From the human T2T-CHM13v2.0 reference genome, Homo sapiens: DNA of 64,000 bases. How positions within the stretch are numbered: the first letter of the stretch is position 1; each line of letters starts with the position of its first letter. Below the pieces are notes generated by a model. The model ran no database searches and was not told the DNA's origin. It was given only the letters and a program-made list of their open reading frames with translations. A program made the position numbers and the translations under genes. The DNA lies in the NCBI RefSeq assembly GCF_009914755.1, contig NC_060932.1. One strand, 5' to 3'. Positions 1 to 19,333 of the stretch are shown one piece after another.

Positions 1-635
<635 letters not shown>

Positions 636-664
636 TGTCACACAACCCAGATTATTGACATTGA

Positions 665-970
665 TGCAGAGTGGGTTTAGGAGATACTAAGTTGGTTTTA
701 GACATAGTTTAGAGAACTGTGCAACATTTTGGTAAACAAGTCCAGAAAGCAACTGGACATTCTTAGGGCTCAGAGAAAGAGGTCTGGGATAGAGACATAA
801 ATTTGAGAATCACTGGTATAAACCTATGTTAAAACACACAAATAACCAAATCAACCTTTGGTGGATGAGATCACGTAGGGAAATGATTGAGTGCAATGAA
901 GCCAAGGCCCAGGACAGAGCCCTGGGGAAGGTGCACACCTTAAAGGGACAGAGGAAGATCGCCCAAAGTG
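665..970 (-). mobile_element. L2 fragment
   Basis: gctcagagaaagaggtctgggatagagacataaatttgagaatca / ggatgagatcac / ggacagagccctgggga are typical antisense L2 motifs. Confidence 0.65.
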
Positions 971-994
971 GTGACCAGAGACAGGAAGTAGAGG

Positions 995-1179
995 CAGTGC
1001 TTCTCAGACCCCCGTGTGCCTAAGCATCACCTGGAGAGTGTGTTGAAACAGATTCTTGGACCCCACCCACAGAGATTCGGATTCAGTAGGTCTGGGTGAG
1101 CGTGAGAACTGCATTTCAAATCTGGCTTCCCTGGGATGCTGGTGCTGCTGGTCTGCAGACCATGCTTTGGGTAGCACTG
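995..1179. mobile_element. MER5A-type hAT MITE
   Basis: CAGTG...CACTG termini; atcacctggaga, gattcagtaggtctggg, gatgctggtgctgctggtc. Confidence 0.85.
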
Positions 1180-2505
1180 GAATAGGCTCGTCTCTTGGCT
1201 ACAAAGAGAAGGGAAGAGAGTGAGCATTTGAGGGTAGCTGGAAGTTTCTGAGGATGTAAGAAACTTGTACATGTTTATAGGTCGAGGTGAAGGAGGCAGT
1301 AGAGACAGGGAGAAGTTGAACATCCTGGAGAGAAAAGGGATAATTAATGAAGGAAATGCATGGAAGGGATTAGAGGAAAAAGAAAATGAAAGCACCAGAG
1401 ATGTGCATGGTAAAAATATCAAAGAGCTATGGTGCCTGCTTTTAGAAAACTAAAGCCGCTTTGAGGAAGATGATTTCTTGTCACTTCCCGTCCTTTTATT
1501 ATTTTTTTAAAAATCTAACTCCTTGGAGCCGCTATTTACTTGTACCTTTCTGACTCCCCCACTGTGCCTAGGAGCCTTTGTCTCTCTGCCAAAATACTCC
1601 CAGGGCTGTAACTTCCGAGTACAGAGACCTAAAGGGATGACTCGCTACAGATGACTGAACAGTAATGAATAGATTTTCGACAACACAAGGCATTTCAAGG
1701 ATAAAGGAAAATTTCAAAAAACGTATGATCATTATTGCAAAATTGTGTTTCTACCACTTCTTGCTAGAATTGCTGTCAAGCTGTTTGACAGCTCCCCTGG
1801 GACATCACTCTCTGGCATTGCAATCATTGTGAAGCACAAAGACACAGCTCGCTCTCCTCTGTTCACTAAAGCTGCTTCTGTATAGCCTCAGAGCCCTCTG
1901 ACAAACTAGAAAAGCATCAAAAATCACTCTGTTCTGTTACGAAAAAAAAACACAACCACCCCAATAATAGCTGTGAGCAGCTATCTGCCTGTGTGCTGCA
2001 CACTCTGAGTTCAAGACAACAAAATTTATTGAGGGCTTGTAATAGAACAAGCACCAGGAGAGGTGCTGGGATCCAAAGATTAGTAAAATACTGTTGGGAT
2101 TCTGAGAGGTCCTTCATCTTCTTCTCTCTTTTGAGTCCTGAACCAAATGGTACAGTCACAGGAATCAGACTGGGTTTAAAATGTCAGCTTGATTGCTACT
2201 GAAGCTGGCCTGGAGAAGGTGGCTTGGATCCAAGGCCAAAACAGGCTTCTCATTTCTTTCTCCATGAATTGAACTTGACCTTGGTCATAGGCATAGTCGC
2301 CGGAAACTGCTGTATCTGCTGCTGAATGGAGGAGAGAAGAAGGCACGTGGCCTGTGGGCAGACATCTACAAAAGAGGAATTCAAAGGCAGCCTGAGTGGT
2401 GAGTGTGCAGTGACCCTGCACCTAGTCTCATCGATCACACACTGAATTGTTTTCTTCTACAAGGAAGAGTAAGTCAGCAGAGTACGCAGAGAGAAGGATG
2501 GATGC

Positions 2506-2921
2506 TGAGATAGTTTGGATGTCTGTCCCCTCCAAATCTCATGTTGAAATTCGATTCCCAATGTTGGAGGTGAAGCCTAATGAGAGATGCTTGGGTAATG
2601 GGGGTGGATCATTTAGGAATAGATTAATGGTAGAAGGAGTGGGTGAGTTCTCACTCTATTAGTTTCTGAGAGAACTGGTGTTAAAAAGAGCCTGGCACCC
2701 CTCTCCCCTCTCTCTTTGCTTTTTCTCTCTCCATGTGATCTCTGCACACGCTGGCTCCCCTTCAACTTCCCCCATGAGTGAAAGCAGCCTGAGACCCTCA
2801 CCAGATGCAGATGCTGGTGGCATGCTTTTTGTGCAGCCTGCAGAACCACGAGCCAAATAAACCTTTTTTTCTTTATAAATTAATTACCCAGCCTTTGTAG
2901 CAACACAAATGGACTAAGACA
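2506..2921 (+). mobile_element. MST-family (MaLR) solo LTR with 5-bp TSD
   Basis: TG...CA termini, tagtttggatgtctgtcccctccaaatctcatg start, AATAAA near 2856, ggactaagaca end; GATGC at 2501-2505 and 2922-2926. Confidence 0.9.
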
Positions 2922-3370
2922 GATGCCATCGCTTCAATACTGTGGAGAAGAGAAAGTTTCCTAGCTTCTTGATCAAAACAAGCATGGGGAGAAGGGAAGA
3001 GCATGATTTCCCCTATATGTTCCAACTGTTTGGTGTCTTAGCCCATGGGTTTTAAAGTAAAACCTCTGGCCAACTAAGGATGGGCTGCCCTCCTGCACTG
3101 TGTGTAGTGGAAGTGATAAAACAAATACCAGGGGTTGCAATCCTAGGCATCAATGGCAAATTCAGCTCCAACTTTCATGAGGCCTCTCCCTTATACCAGC
3201 TTCTTTGTGCATCTGCCTGGGACCAGGGGTGGACTTTCCAGTCTTGCCTGCAGAAGGTTCTGTAAAGACACAGAACAGTACATTGAGTAGATTAATGCCA
3301 GCACTGTTCTATGCTCCAAACCACAGGGTCATTTTCTATTCTTGTTCCCGTTTTAAGAATGTCCAGTCTA

Positions 3371-3950
<580 letters not shown>

Positions 3951-4313
3951 GAATGTCCAGCCTTGTTTACTATGATCCTAAATTGTAGCATATTAGTACT
4001 CTAATAATGCCATGCCAGGAAAATAATACTGCCCTGAATTAGGATACTTGTCTCACTATTCAATTCCAAAAGGCAATTTAAGTTCTTGCATCAAGAAGCT
4101 GTCAGTCTAATAGAATAAGACAAATGCTTAAACCAATAATTACAACTCAATCCAGGCTTTTTATAGTAAAAGTAAAAACATTTACAGCAGCTTAAACCAA
4201 GCAGCATTAGTTCTTTTTTATTTTTTGAAAAGCAAGCTAGAATTTAATATTTGTGCTTTTTTTTTTTCCGGTGTAAGACAAATACTATTGCCTTAAAAAA
4301 GAAGGAATTCCTC

Positions 4314-4634
<321 letters not shown>

Positions 4635-5091
4635 TTATCCCAGCTTTATTAGTGTGTAACTGATAAATAAAAGTTGTGTATATTTACAGGGTATGACATG
4701 ATGTTTTATGTACACATTGTAAAATGATTAAATCAAATGAATTAACACATCCATCACCTCACATACTTATTTGTGTGTGTGTGTGGTGAGAACATTTAAG
4801 ATCAATCTCTTAGCAATTTATAAATATACATTAATTATAGTCACCATGCTGTACAGCAGATCTCCGGAACTAATTGATCCTAACTGCAACTTGGTACCCT
4901 TTGACTAACATCTCCCCATACCCCCAGTCCTCACAACCACCATTCTATTCTCTACTTTTATGAGTTTGACTTATTTAGATTCTACATATAAGTGAGATCA
5001 ATGCAGTATTTGTCTTTCTGTGCCTGGCTTATTTCACTTAGCATAATGTCTCTAGGTTCATCCTTGTTGTTACAAATGATAAGATTTCCTT

Positions 5092-5374
<283 letters not shown>

Positions 5375-5433
5375 AATTTTCCTTCTTTTTTATAAGGCTG
5401 AATAGTATTCCAATTTTAAAAATTCATGCATCC

Positions 5434-5734
5434 CAGACAGACACACTGGCTCACGCCTGTAATCCCAGCACTTTGGGCGGCTGAGGCAGGCAGATCACCT
5501 GAGGTCAGGAGTTCCAGACCAGCCTGGCCAACATTGTGAAACCCTGTCTCTACTAAAAATAGCAAAAAAATTAGCTGGGCATGGTGGCACGTGTCTGTAA
5601 TCCCAGCTATTCAGGTAGCTGAAACATGAGAATCATTTGAACCCTGGAGGCAGAGGTTGCAGTGAGCTGAGATTGTGTCACTGCACTCCAGCCTGGATGA
5701 CAGAGCGAGACTCTGTCTCAAAAAATAAATAAAA
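5434..5734 (+). mobile_element. AluS in L1
   Basis: TSD aaaattcatgcatccc on both sides. Confidence 0.92.
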
Positions 5735-5972
5735 TTCATGCATCCCTTGATAGACACTCGGGTTGATTTCATATTTTGGCTATTGTAAATAGCACTGCAA
5801 TGAACAAGAGAGTGCAGATATATCTTTAACATGCTGATTTCATTTCCTTTGGGTAAATACTACAGACGTGCGATTGCTGGGTCATATGGTAGTTCTATTT
5901 TTAATTTTTTGAGGAGTCTCCATACTGTTTTTCCATAATGATTGTGCCATGTCCCATTCTTATCAACAATAT

Positions 5973-6272
<300 letters not shown>

Positions 6273-6519
6273 ATATATAAGGTTTGCTTTTTTTTACGTC
6301 TACATCAACATTTGTTTTCTTTTTGATAATGGCTATTCTAACAGGTGTGAGATGATATTTCATTGTGGTTTTAATTTGCATTTTCCTAATGATTAGCGAA
6401 GTTGAGCATTTTTTTGTATATGTATATACTTGTTGGCCATTTTTGCATATTTTTTGAGAAATATCTGTTCAGGTCCTTTGCTCATTTTTAAATTGGGTTA
6501 TTAGTTTCCTTGCTGTTGA

Positions 6520-6945
<426 letters not shown>

Positions 6946-7639
6946 TGCGGCAGCTTTTTAGTCTGATGCAATCCCATTTGTCTATTTTTGCTTTTGTTGC
7001 CTGTGTTTTAGGGTCATATCCAAAAAATCATTGCCCAAACCAATGTCAAGAAGCTTTTCTCCTGTGTTTTCTTCTAGTAGTTTTACAGCTTCAGGTTTTG
7101 TGTTTAAGTCTTTAATCTACTTTGAATTCATTTTTGTATATTGTGTGAGATAAAGGTCTAATTTCATTCTTTTGAATGTGGATATCCAGTTTTCCCAGTG
7201 CCATTTATTGAAAAGACTCTCTTTTTCCCGTTGTATGTTCTCAGTACTTTTGTGGAAGAGCAATTGACTATAAATGTGTGGATTTATTTCTGGGCTCTCT
7301 ATTCTGTTCCATTGGTCTATGTGTCTGTTTTCATAGCAGTACCATGCTATTTTGATTGCTGTAGCTTTGCAGTATATTTTGAAATCAGGTCGTGATGTGT
7401 TCTTTTCATTCAAGATTGTTTTGGCTATTCAGGGTCTTTTGTGTTTTCATATGGACTTTAGGATTATTTTTTCTATTTTTATGAAAAATGTCATTGGAAT
7501 TTGGATAGGGATTGCATGGAATCTGTAGATCACTTTAGTAATATGATCATTTTAACAACATTAATTTTTCCATTCAATGAACAAAGGATATTTTTCCATT
7601 TATTTGTGTCTGTAATTTCTTTCATTGATTTTTTGGGGG

Positions 7640-8580
7640 GATATCTGTCACCTCAAACATTTATCCTTTATGTTTCAAACAATCCAATTATACTCTTTTA
7701 GTTATTTTAAAATGTACAATAAATTATTGCTGTTGGCCGGGTGAGGTAGCTCACACCTGTAATCCCAGCACTTTGGGAGGCCGAGGCAGGTGGATCACAA
7801 GGTCAGGAGATCGAGACCATCCTGGCTAACATGGTGAAACCCTGTCTCTACTAAAAATACAAAAAATTAGGCGTAGTGGCACGCGCCTGTAGTCCCAGCT
7901 ACTCAGGAGGCTGAGGCAGGAGAATGGCGAGAACCCAGGAGGCGGAGCTTGCAGTGAGCTGAGATTGCCCCACTGCACTCCAGCCTGGGCCACAGTGTGA
8001 GACTCCGTCTCAAAAAAAAAAAAATTATTGCTGTCTATAGTCACCCTGTTGTGCTATCAAATACTAGATCTTATTCATTGTTTCTAACTATATTTTTGTG
8101 CCCATTAACCATCCCCCCTTTCCCCCACCGCTGCCCTTTCTAGCCTCAGGTAACCATTGTTGTTCTACTCTCTACTCCATGAATTCAGTTGTTTTAATTC
8201 TTAGCTCCCACAAATACGTGAGACCGTGAAGTTTGTCTTTTTGTGCCTGGCTAATTTCATTTAACATAATCACCTCTGTTTCTATCCATGTTGCTGCAGG
8301 TGACAGGGTCTCATTTTTATATGGTGGAATAGTCCTCCCTTGTGTATATGCACCACATTTTCCTTATCTGTTTGTCTACTGGTGAACACTTAGGTTGCTT
8401 CCAAATCTTGGCTATTGTGAATAGTGCCTCAGTTAAACATGGGAGTGCAGCTACCTTTTTGATATACTGATTTTCTTTCTTTTGAGTATATACCCAGCAG
8501 TGGGATTGGTGGATCATATGGTAGTTCTATTTTTAGTTTTTTGAGGAACCTCAAAACTCTTCACAGTGGTTGTACTATCT
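7640..8580 (-). mobile_element. Second L1MA-like 3' fragment containing an AluY-like element (7735-8024, + strand)
   Basis: L1 3' UTR motifs; ALFTIAKIWKQPKC peptide; Alu TSD aaattattgctg. Confidence 0.85.
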
Positions 8581-8657
8581 ATCATCAGTGCTTTTTGGTT
8601 TTCAGAAGGCATTATTTCTATCTGAGGTGGTTCTGTAAAAATATTTTTTTATTTTCA

Positions 8658-8950
8658 GTGGGCACGATGCATGATGGCTCACCCTTGTAATCCCAGTACT
8701 TTGGGAGGCTGAGGTGGGAGGATTGCTTGAGGATAGGAGTTGGAGACCAGCTTGGGCAACACAGCAAGACCTGTTTCTATAGAAAATAAAAAATGTTGCT
8801 GGGTATGGTGGTACATGGCTGTAGTCCCAGCTACTCGGGAGGCTGGGGTAAGAGGGTCACTTGAACCGAGGAATTTGAGGCTGCAGTGAGCTGTGATTTT
8901 GGCACTGCACTGCAGCCTGGGCAACAGAGTGAGACCCTGCCTCAGAAAAA
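8658..8950 (+). mobile_element. AluJ
   Basis: Diverged Alu dimer. Confidence 0.88.
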
Positions 8951-9153
8951 ATATTTTTTAAAAAAGTTAATTTTGAAAACATTTCAAACGTGCAGAAAAG
9001 TTGTAAAAGTGGTAAATCTTAATACAGATTTATCAATTGTTAAAATTTTGCTATATTTTTTCTCTCTCTAGACACACATACGAACACAGACTATTTATCT
9101 GAAACATTTTAAAGTTGCACATATCATGATCCTTTGCCCTTAAATAACAATAA

Positions 9154-9451
<298 letters not shown>

Positions 9452-9695
9452 AAGTAATGTATTTTATAGCAGTTTTTTTTAATGCCAATTTAACATCCAA
9501 TCCAGGATCACACATCGCATTTAGCTCTCATGTTTGTCTTCTCTAATCTTGAACGTTTCTTCAGCTTCCCCTTCTTTCTTCCTGTCTCCCTTTTCCTTCC
9601 TCCCCCCTCCCCTTCTCCCTCTTCCTCCTTTCCTTCCTTCTGCCCTTGCTTTTTTTGACGACATTGACATTTTTAAAACATAGGCTAGTTGTTTG

Positions 9696-9828
9696 GCCCT
9701 GTTGTACAGGCTGGAGTGAAGTGGCAGGATCATAACTCACTGTAATCTTGAGCTCCTGGGCTCAAGTGATCCTCCTGCCTCCGCTTCCTAAAGGGCTGGG
9801 ATTACAGGCACAAACCACCCTGCCCGTC
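9696..9828 (-). mobile_element. Alu monomer (FAM/FRAM-like)
   Basis: Partial reverse Alu. Confidence 0.75.
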
Positions 9829-10049
9829 CTTTCTTTTTTCTTTTGAAATATTTTCAAATTTACAGAAATGTTGCCAGAATTATATGGCATTTTGCAAGTT
9901 TTTTGTACATTTGAAATTTTTACCCAGATTCACCAGTTTTTGATGTTTTGCCACATCCACATTTTAGCACTTTTTCTCTCTCTCTTCCTTTGTGTGTGTG
10001 TATATATGTATATTATGTATGTGTGTGTGTATATATATACATATTTTAT

Positions 10050-10367
10050 ATTTTTATTTATTTTTTATTTTTATTTTTTTTCTTGAGACAGAGTCTTGTC
10101 TTGTCACTCAAGCTGGAGTGCAGTGGCACCATCTCGCCTCACCTACAACCTCCGCCTCCCGGGTTCAAGCAATTCTCCTGCCTCAGCCTCCTGAGTAGCT
10201 GGGATTACAGGTGACTGCCACCATGCCCAGTTAATGTTTGTATTTCTAGTAGAGATGGGGTTTCACCATGTTTTTCAGGTTGGTCTCTAACTCCTGACCT
10301 CAAGTGATTTGCTTGCCTTGGCCTTCCAAAGTGCTGGGATTACAGGCGTGAGCCACGGTGCCTGGCC
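10050..10367 (-). mobile_element. AluS preceded by (TG)/(TA) microsatellite
   Basis: Reverse Alu; tgtgtg/tatata run 9991-10040. Confidence 0.9.
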
Positions 10368-10411
10368 TATGTTTGCGTATATGTAAAAAATAGTTTTAAA
10401 AAATTGAACCA

Positions 10412-10562
10412 GGCCAGGTGCAGAGGCTCACACTTGTAATCCCAGCATTTTGGGAGGCTGACATGGGGGTGGATCACTTGAGCCCAGGAGTTCAAGACCA
10501 GCCTGAGCAACATAACAGTATCCTCTCTCTCTCTCAAAAAAAAAAAAAAGAAAAGAAAAAAA
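10412..10562 (+). mobile_element. FLAM/Alu left monomer
   Basis: TSD aaaaaattgaacca. Confidence 0.85.
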
Positions 10563-11004
10563 TTGAACCACTTAAGAATAGGTATCACCCTTTATATGAT
10601 AGTTTTTGAAGTGGGCCTTGAGGTTCTTGCCAATTGGACAGAACTTGGTGTGGGGAAGGGAATTAGTCAAAGGGCTCTTCATGTGTGGAGATTAAGCCCG
10701 TATGTACATGAAGTGGCTGGCAAAAAGCCAATGTTTTGGAGTAAATGGGCTTGGGGAGCAGGGACCAGAAAGGCAGCTGGAACTTACCACTTATGTTAAG
10801 GAATTGAGACTTCATTCCACAGGAAAAAAGAAAACGTTGAAGGTTTTAAAGCCAGCGATGATAGTACCAGATTTATTTATTTATTTATTTTAGAAAAATT
10901 AACTCTAGGGCAATTAGGAGGAGAAAGGACAAGATAGACCAAGTAGGTAGATATTGCATTCCACCCGGTAGCAATGGAGACCCAAAGGAAGGGGATGCAG
11001 CGGA

Positions 11005-11175
11005 ATGTTTGTTGAGTGCTTACTGTGTGCCAGCTATTTTACATATGATATCTCATTTAATTATCACAAAAAGCTGAGGTCAGAGAGGTTAAGTCACTTG
11101 ACCAAAAACAGTCATTAGTAGGTTTATGGCATAGTTAATATTTGAACCCAGGCCCATGTGACTCTAAAGCCCACT
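11005..11175 (-). mobile_element. MIR
   Basis: ttgagtgcttactgtgtgccag...ctgaggtcagagaggttaagtcacttg...tttgaacccagg. Confidence 0.8.
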
Positions 11176-11385
11176 CTGAAATACAGTGGGGTCATGTAGG
11201 ATGGAGCAGGACTCGGGGAAGCCATGAGACTTTGAGGTGGGACTGTCAGGCCCTGATAGCCAGTTGGACATGCTGGGTGAGGGAGATATAAGGATAACAA
11301 CTGATGTTTCCAGCTTGGACTCCTGGCTAGACTATAACAATGACATTCCAGTCCAAGCTGGAAACTTGAGAAAATGATTAGTAGG

Positions 11386-12566
<1,181 letters not shown>

Positions 12567-12604
12567 TGAGATGACTCAAGAATTTGGGCAAATGATGATG
12601 ATGA

Positions 12605-12850
12605 CAGCAGTTGATGTTAGTGAAGGCTTACTGTATACCAGGCCCTGGACTAACAATTTACATGCATTATCTGGGATAATCCTTACACTACTCCTATGGG
12701 TAGGTACCATTATTATCCCCATGTTCTGATGAGGAAATTGTAGTGGAGAGAGTATAGAGAGGTTATGTAATATGCCCAGGGTGTTCCACCATGAATACAT
12801 AGTGGAACAAGGATTCAAATCTAAATCTTTCTGGGTTCAGAGCCCGTGTT
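12605..12850 (-). mobile_element. MIR
   Basis: attattatccccatgttctgatgaggaaattg...ggattcaaatc. Confidence 0.75.
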
Positions 12851-14287
12851 GTAAGATGATGGTAGCTTGAGCTGAGTTATTCTCTTATTTTCCCCAGGCC
12901 TGAGACTGAACCTGTTTATAAGCAGAATGGGGGTAAAACGCTATAGTAAGGAGGTTATTGACCATGTATGTAGCAAAGAGAATAACTGATCAAGCAAGAG
13001 TTAAAGGAAGGATATTAGATCACATTCAAAAATGGAGCACCTAGTTTCAGAAAGGAGTTAAGGACATCTCTTTGTCAAGGGCCGGAAGAGATGAAAGAAG
13101 AATCAGTGAATATGTACTCAGCTGTCAGCTTAAGGCAACATTCTTTTCTGAGATTTAAGTAACATTGGCTTAAGTCCCCATTCTGCATCCATTGGGAAAC
13201 TCAATCCAAGATTTCTGTGAATTCCTGGAAGCTCTCCTTCTTATGGTTTCTTTGGCTTTGAGTTTCTGCTTCCATTAAATTCTTTATCTTACTTGTATCT
13301 GAACTTCTGTGGCTGTTCTCATTTCTTGGTTCTTTGCTGACCCAGTTGTGGAGCTCAGCCCCTTGCAATCTTTTTTCGTAATTCTCCCCCAAATCACTCA
13401 CATAAGGCATTTGTGCATGTGACAGATATTACTGAAGGCTTAGGGGATTTTATATCCTTAGCAACACAAATAACTTAAAATTCCGACAATAGATATCTCT
13501 ATTTTAAACATTCTCCGGCTCCCCTATCACTGGGAACTCTCTCCCACAGCTCCAGCCTCCCACACTGTTATTTGAGCCCCATCTCTTCTTATCCACCTCC
13601 ATTTCCTCTCCTCCAGTCCCCATGTTTTTGGATTTTAAAAAATATAGATCTGACTAGCTGTCTCTTTGCTTCAGAGTTTTATTCTAAGTCATTCTCTCTT
13701 TTTCCATACTTCAAATGTCATTTCAAAGTAGTTTCCTAAATAAGGCATTTTCCATCCCTAAGAACTCTAGCATCTACTAAAATAATAGTTTTCACCTCAA
13801 TACTTATAGTTTTAAAGGTGGAAGGAAGGCATTTCAAAGAGTTCATATCTGTTGTCTTCTATTTTCTTAGTGAAATATAAGACATGCTCCTCTTTTAAGG
13901 TATGGATGAGTCTAGCAAAGATTTGGACAGCTGGGGTTAGGGATTCTGTCAATAGACATTTACCAGTTTTCTAAAATTTCATAAAATACCATATTTACAT
14001 AAAGTAATTCCTTTAAGCATATAAACTTGCAGGATTGAGTCCCTTGCTAGAGATGGATTATTCAGTTTACTGAGTACCCTGGTCAATACAAGAAAAGTAG
14101 AAAAAGCAACAGAGAAGAAAAAAGTCAGAGTATGTAAACTAAAGCCAGGGTAAAGGAGATCACAGTCTTTGCTGATCCGATCTCTCTTCCAACTCAGCCA
14201 TAAATACAGTTTCTGCATTGCACCACATTGCATCCCTGGGGGGCTACAGGGATGTTCATTTTGTGGCTGAAATAGGATAAAAGGGTT

Positions 14288-15155
<868 letters not shown>

Positions 15156-15818
15156 GGAGTCTCCAAAAACATTCTGTATTGCAGGGGTGAAGTTGGGGGG
15201 AAGTGTATGCCTTAATATATATGTGTGTTGTTAGACAGGCTAGACTGGTATTATAGTTACCAGACTTTTAGGTTTAATAGACCAGTAAAATAAAAAATAA
15301 CTGGGTAGGGGATACCAAAATTAGTATATTTCAGTGTTTTGTTGAGTGAGAAAGATACAGAAAAAGCTGCCGTTGACCACCACCATGGTCATTTCATAAA
15401 AACACATTTTAACATAAAAAAGGGAGAATAACATAATCTCAGAATAAAGTCTAATCCTTTCAATTGAATCATTCAGCTTTGTTAAAAACTCACAAACTTG
15501 TCTGTGCTTTTCGCATTTAACTGTGGACTGATGAAAACTTCATCCTAGCTTGGTCAATAAACTGTTATTCAGGAATCACTGAGCTAGACCATAGGATGCT
15601 CCAGTAACTTTCAAGATGACTGTGAAGATCATGTAGAAACATAATACTTCATTCAAAGTAAGTGAAAAAGAAGGACTTGAAATGGTTGACACATAGAGAT
15701 AGCAATTTTATAAAATTATGCTCATGAGCTGGAAGGAAGCCACAGAGTTGGTAAATATTTATCAGTTTTTGTGATTTTTTTTTTTTTGCTATTGTGTTCC
15801 TACTAATATGTAGATGTT

Positions 15819-16114
<296 letters not shown>

Positions 16115-17277
16115 TTTAGATATTTATTATTTAATTAATGAAATAAAGATAAATAGAGCATTATTGAAGCCTGGTTAAATGTACACGAAAGTAAGACAAG
16201 GCTCAGCATGTGCTTTTAAAAAGCTTTCATAGTTAACACATTTCACAGATATTTAATATATTTTTTGAGTATTTGCATCATTTATGTCAAGTATCCTTTT
16301 TCTAAATACCTCTTCACTTTAAAGATATGCTTTTCTTAGTAACCTAGATGATGTAATTATACATGTTTCTTTTGACATGAGGGTGAAATATCTAACACTG
16401 TCCATTAGAGATGGGCTTTGGATTGTTGGTTTTTTGCCCTCCAAATTGATGGATTTGTAGAAATATGGTCACATTTTCATTTGGTTCCACTTTTGATCTA
16501 TGGCATAGTGTTTGCAAGGCTGAAGGCTTGGGTTGGGGAAGGGATCAATTATTATTGTGTTCTGGGATTGACTTGGACCCTACTAGAATCATGCTGTCAC
16601 CTTTTGGGTTGAGAATTAATTTTGAGTAATATTTAGGAAAATAGGGGAAAACTTTCTCTTCAATAAAATCTTATTGCAGATCTTCATAAATTGGTTTAAA
16701 ACCTATATATTTTTCTTTTGAAAATTCCTGTGGTGGAAACTACTGTTTCTTTCCATACATAAAGTCCAAATGTTATTATCAAGTTATATATATTTAAAAG
16801 TATTTAGCATAATTAGTTTTGGAAATTGCACTTTCAGTTTTGATTTTACAGCCAAATTGGTTGACTAAGAATCTAATTGATGTTCTTTAAGAACCTCTAT
16901 GAATTCTGCCAGTTTTCAGTTGGAACGCCTTGTTCACACAAGGCATTTTTAAATGAAAGTAGTGAGCAGTTGATTTTTTGAATCTATGAATAACTTTTTT
17001 TTGGTGTAAGGACAATTCTAGAGTCATTGAGCTGTATATAAATGTGACACTGGAACTCAGCCATCAACACTCTGCCTAATTTTACTTCTTTCCTCTGGGT
17101 ATAGCTCTCCCTGCACTAAGTTCTTCCAACAGTCAGACCATGTTGTGACATGTTGCGTCTAACTGAGCACATTTTTGCTACTCACTGGCATAATTTAGGG
17201 TAAATGTTAGATGCCTTTATGCTTGCCTTAGGGAACATTTGTAGGTGCAAGCTTAGAAAATTTTGATGGCATTTTGA

Positions 17278-17652
<375 letters not shown>

Positions 17653-18699
17653 CACAGAAAACAGATTTGAATCAGGCTAAGCTTTCTAATGTGAAACTTG
17701 AATGTTTATTTTTTTTTTTATAGCCACATGGCAAGGCAGAGAATACTATGACATGAGGTAATGAGTTAACAAATAGTTTCTTAACAATAAAATGTGTTTT
17801 GTCTTGAAACTGATATTAACTCAGTGTTGCCACAAATTATCTGTGAGCCACCCAAATGGCCCCACCTTTGGCCAGACAAAAACCAGCCACTTTTAAAAGG
17901 TAACATCAAAGCCAGGACTTCTAGAGTGAGCCATTTATCAGGGTAATGAGTGCTATCCCTGGAGCCTTAGAAGATGACCTTTTGGCTTTTTGGCACTGAT
18001 AGACCAAAGAGAAGAGTAACCTTGGAACCTCAATCTAGAAATTGTCATGCATTGTTCTAATTATAAGCCACAAAATTGCTCAGTCATTTATATATAGAAA
18101 AGATCTTGAATAGTGGCTGTCAGCACTTTCTTTTAAAATCAAAGCCTTACAAATAGACTAAGTTCTTATCTGACTTAACCTCACTGATAATTCCCTTTGA
18201 AGATTGCTGGGGGTCACCAATGGCTTGTTTGGGATTGATCTAGAAGGCTTGCTGAGTGGATTGTGGGGCTGGCAGCCATTAACATGGAAAATGAGGCACC
18301 TCCCTCTCTGAGACTTGAAGTAACTGTTATCACCAGTTTCTCCTTCTGTGGGACTCAAATCCCCTTCTCCTGGATATTAAACACGTGGGGAAAAATAAGC
18401 AATCAGTGGGGGCCCCCAAGAGAGCATTTGCTGAAATCTGTAAACTAATTTATTGGTAAGAGAACACAGACTTGTTTGGCATATCTGTCACACTCTATGC
18501 AGTTTACATTTCTCTGGCTTGTATACCTCAAACGATAATTCCCTTGTGAAAGAAATGTGTGCACCAGCTTCTCTAGACAGCCGATCTTTTGTATCATTTC
18601 TACATTTGAACTCATTTAACAAATCAAATGCCTTTGTTAAATCTACTAATGCAGCAGACAATTCACATCGCCATGGTCAGCATTTCTCTTGCACCACAG

Positions 18700-18930
18700 C
18701 GGAGCACAGCTGGTAAAGTTTCAGGCTCTGGAGTTAGACTGTCAGGGTCCAAAACCTGGCACCACCACTTACTAGGCTGGTGATTTAGGCAAATTAGTTA
18801 ACCTCCCTGGGCTTCATTTTTCTCATTTGTGTGTGTGTGACTAATAATGGTCCTTATTGTTTAGGGTCGTTAAAGGAGCACATGGGATGACACATGCAAA
18901 GTGCTTAAGAGTCTGGCTCTGAAATAACTA
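18700..18930 (+). mobile_element. MIR
   Basis: ggctctggagttagac...taggcaaattagttaacctccctgggcttcatttttctcattt...aaagtgctta. Confidence 0.8.
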
Positions 18931-18934
18931 AGGG

Positions 18935-19242
18935 GCTGGGCACAGTGGCTCACACCTGTAATCCCAGCACTTTGGGAGGCCAAAGCAGGCAGGTTGCCTG
19001 AGCTCAGGAGTTCGAGACCAGACTGGGCAACCTGGCGAAACCCCATTTCTACTAAAAATACAAAAAACTAGCTGGGCGTGGTGGCACATGCCTGTAATCC
19101 AGCTACTCGGGAGGCTGAAGCAGGAGAATTTCTTGAACCCAGGAGGCAGAGGTTGCCAAAACTGAGCTGAGATCACGCCACTGCACTTCAGCCTGGGTGG
19201 CAGAGTAAGACTCTGTCTCCAAATAAACAAACAAACAAAATA
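18935..19242 (+). mobile_element. AluS
   Basis: Alu dimer; TSD aaataacta. Confidence 0.92.
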
Positions 19243-19333
19243 ACTACTTAGTTTCTTCCAGGGAAGAACATGCAGGGTCATGTTTGGTGGCCGGAGACAG
19301 AAACGTATTCATGTTAGTTTAAGTAAATGAGGA

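Noticed and set aside
15235-15550. Possible Charlie-type DNA transposon remnant
   Set aside because: Only vague resemblance; family and boundaries cannot be supported
16150-17250. AT-rich unique stretch that might be a processed pseudogene or conserved element
   Set aside because: No recognisable ORF, poly-A/TSD or RNA gene signature
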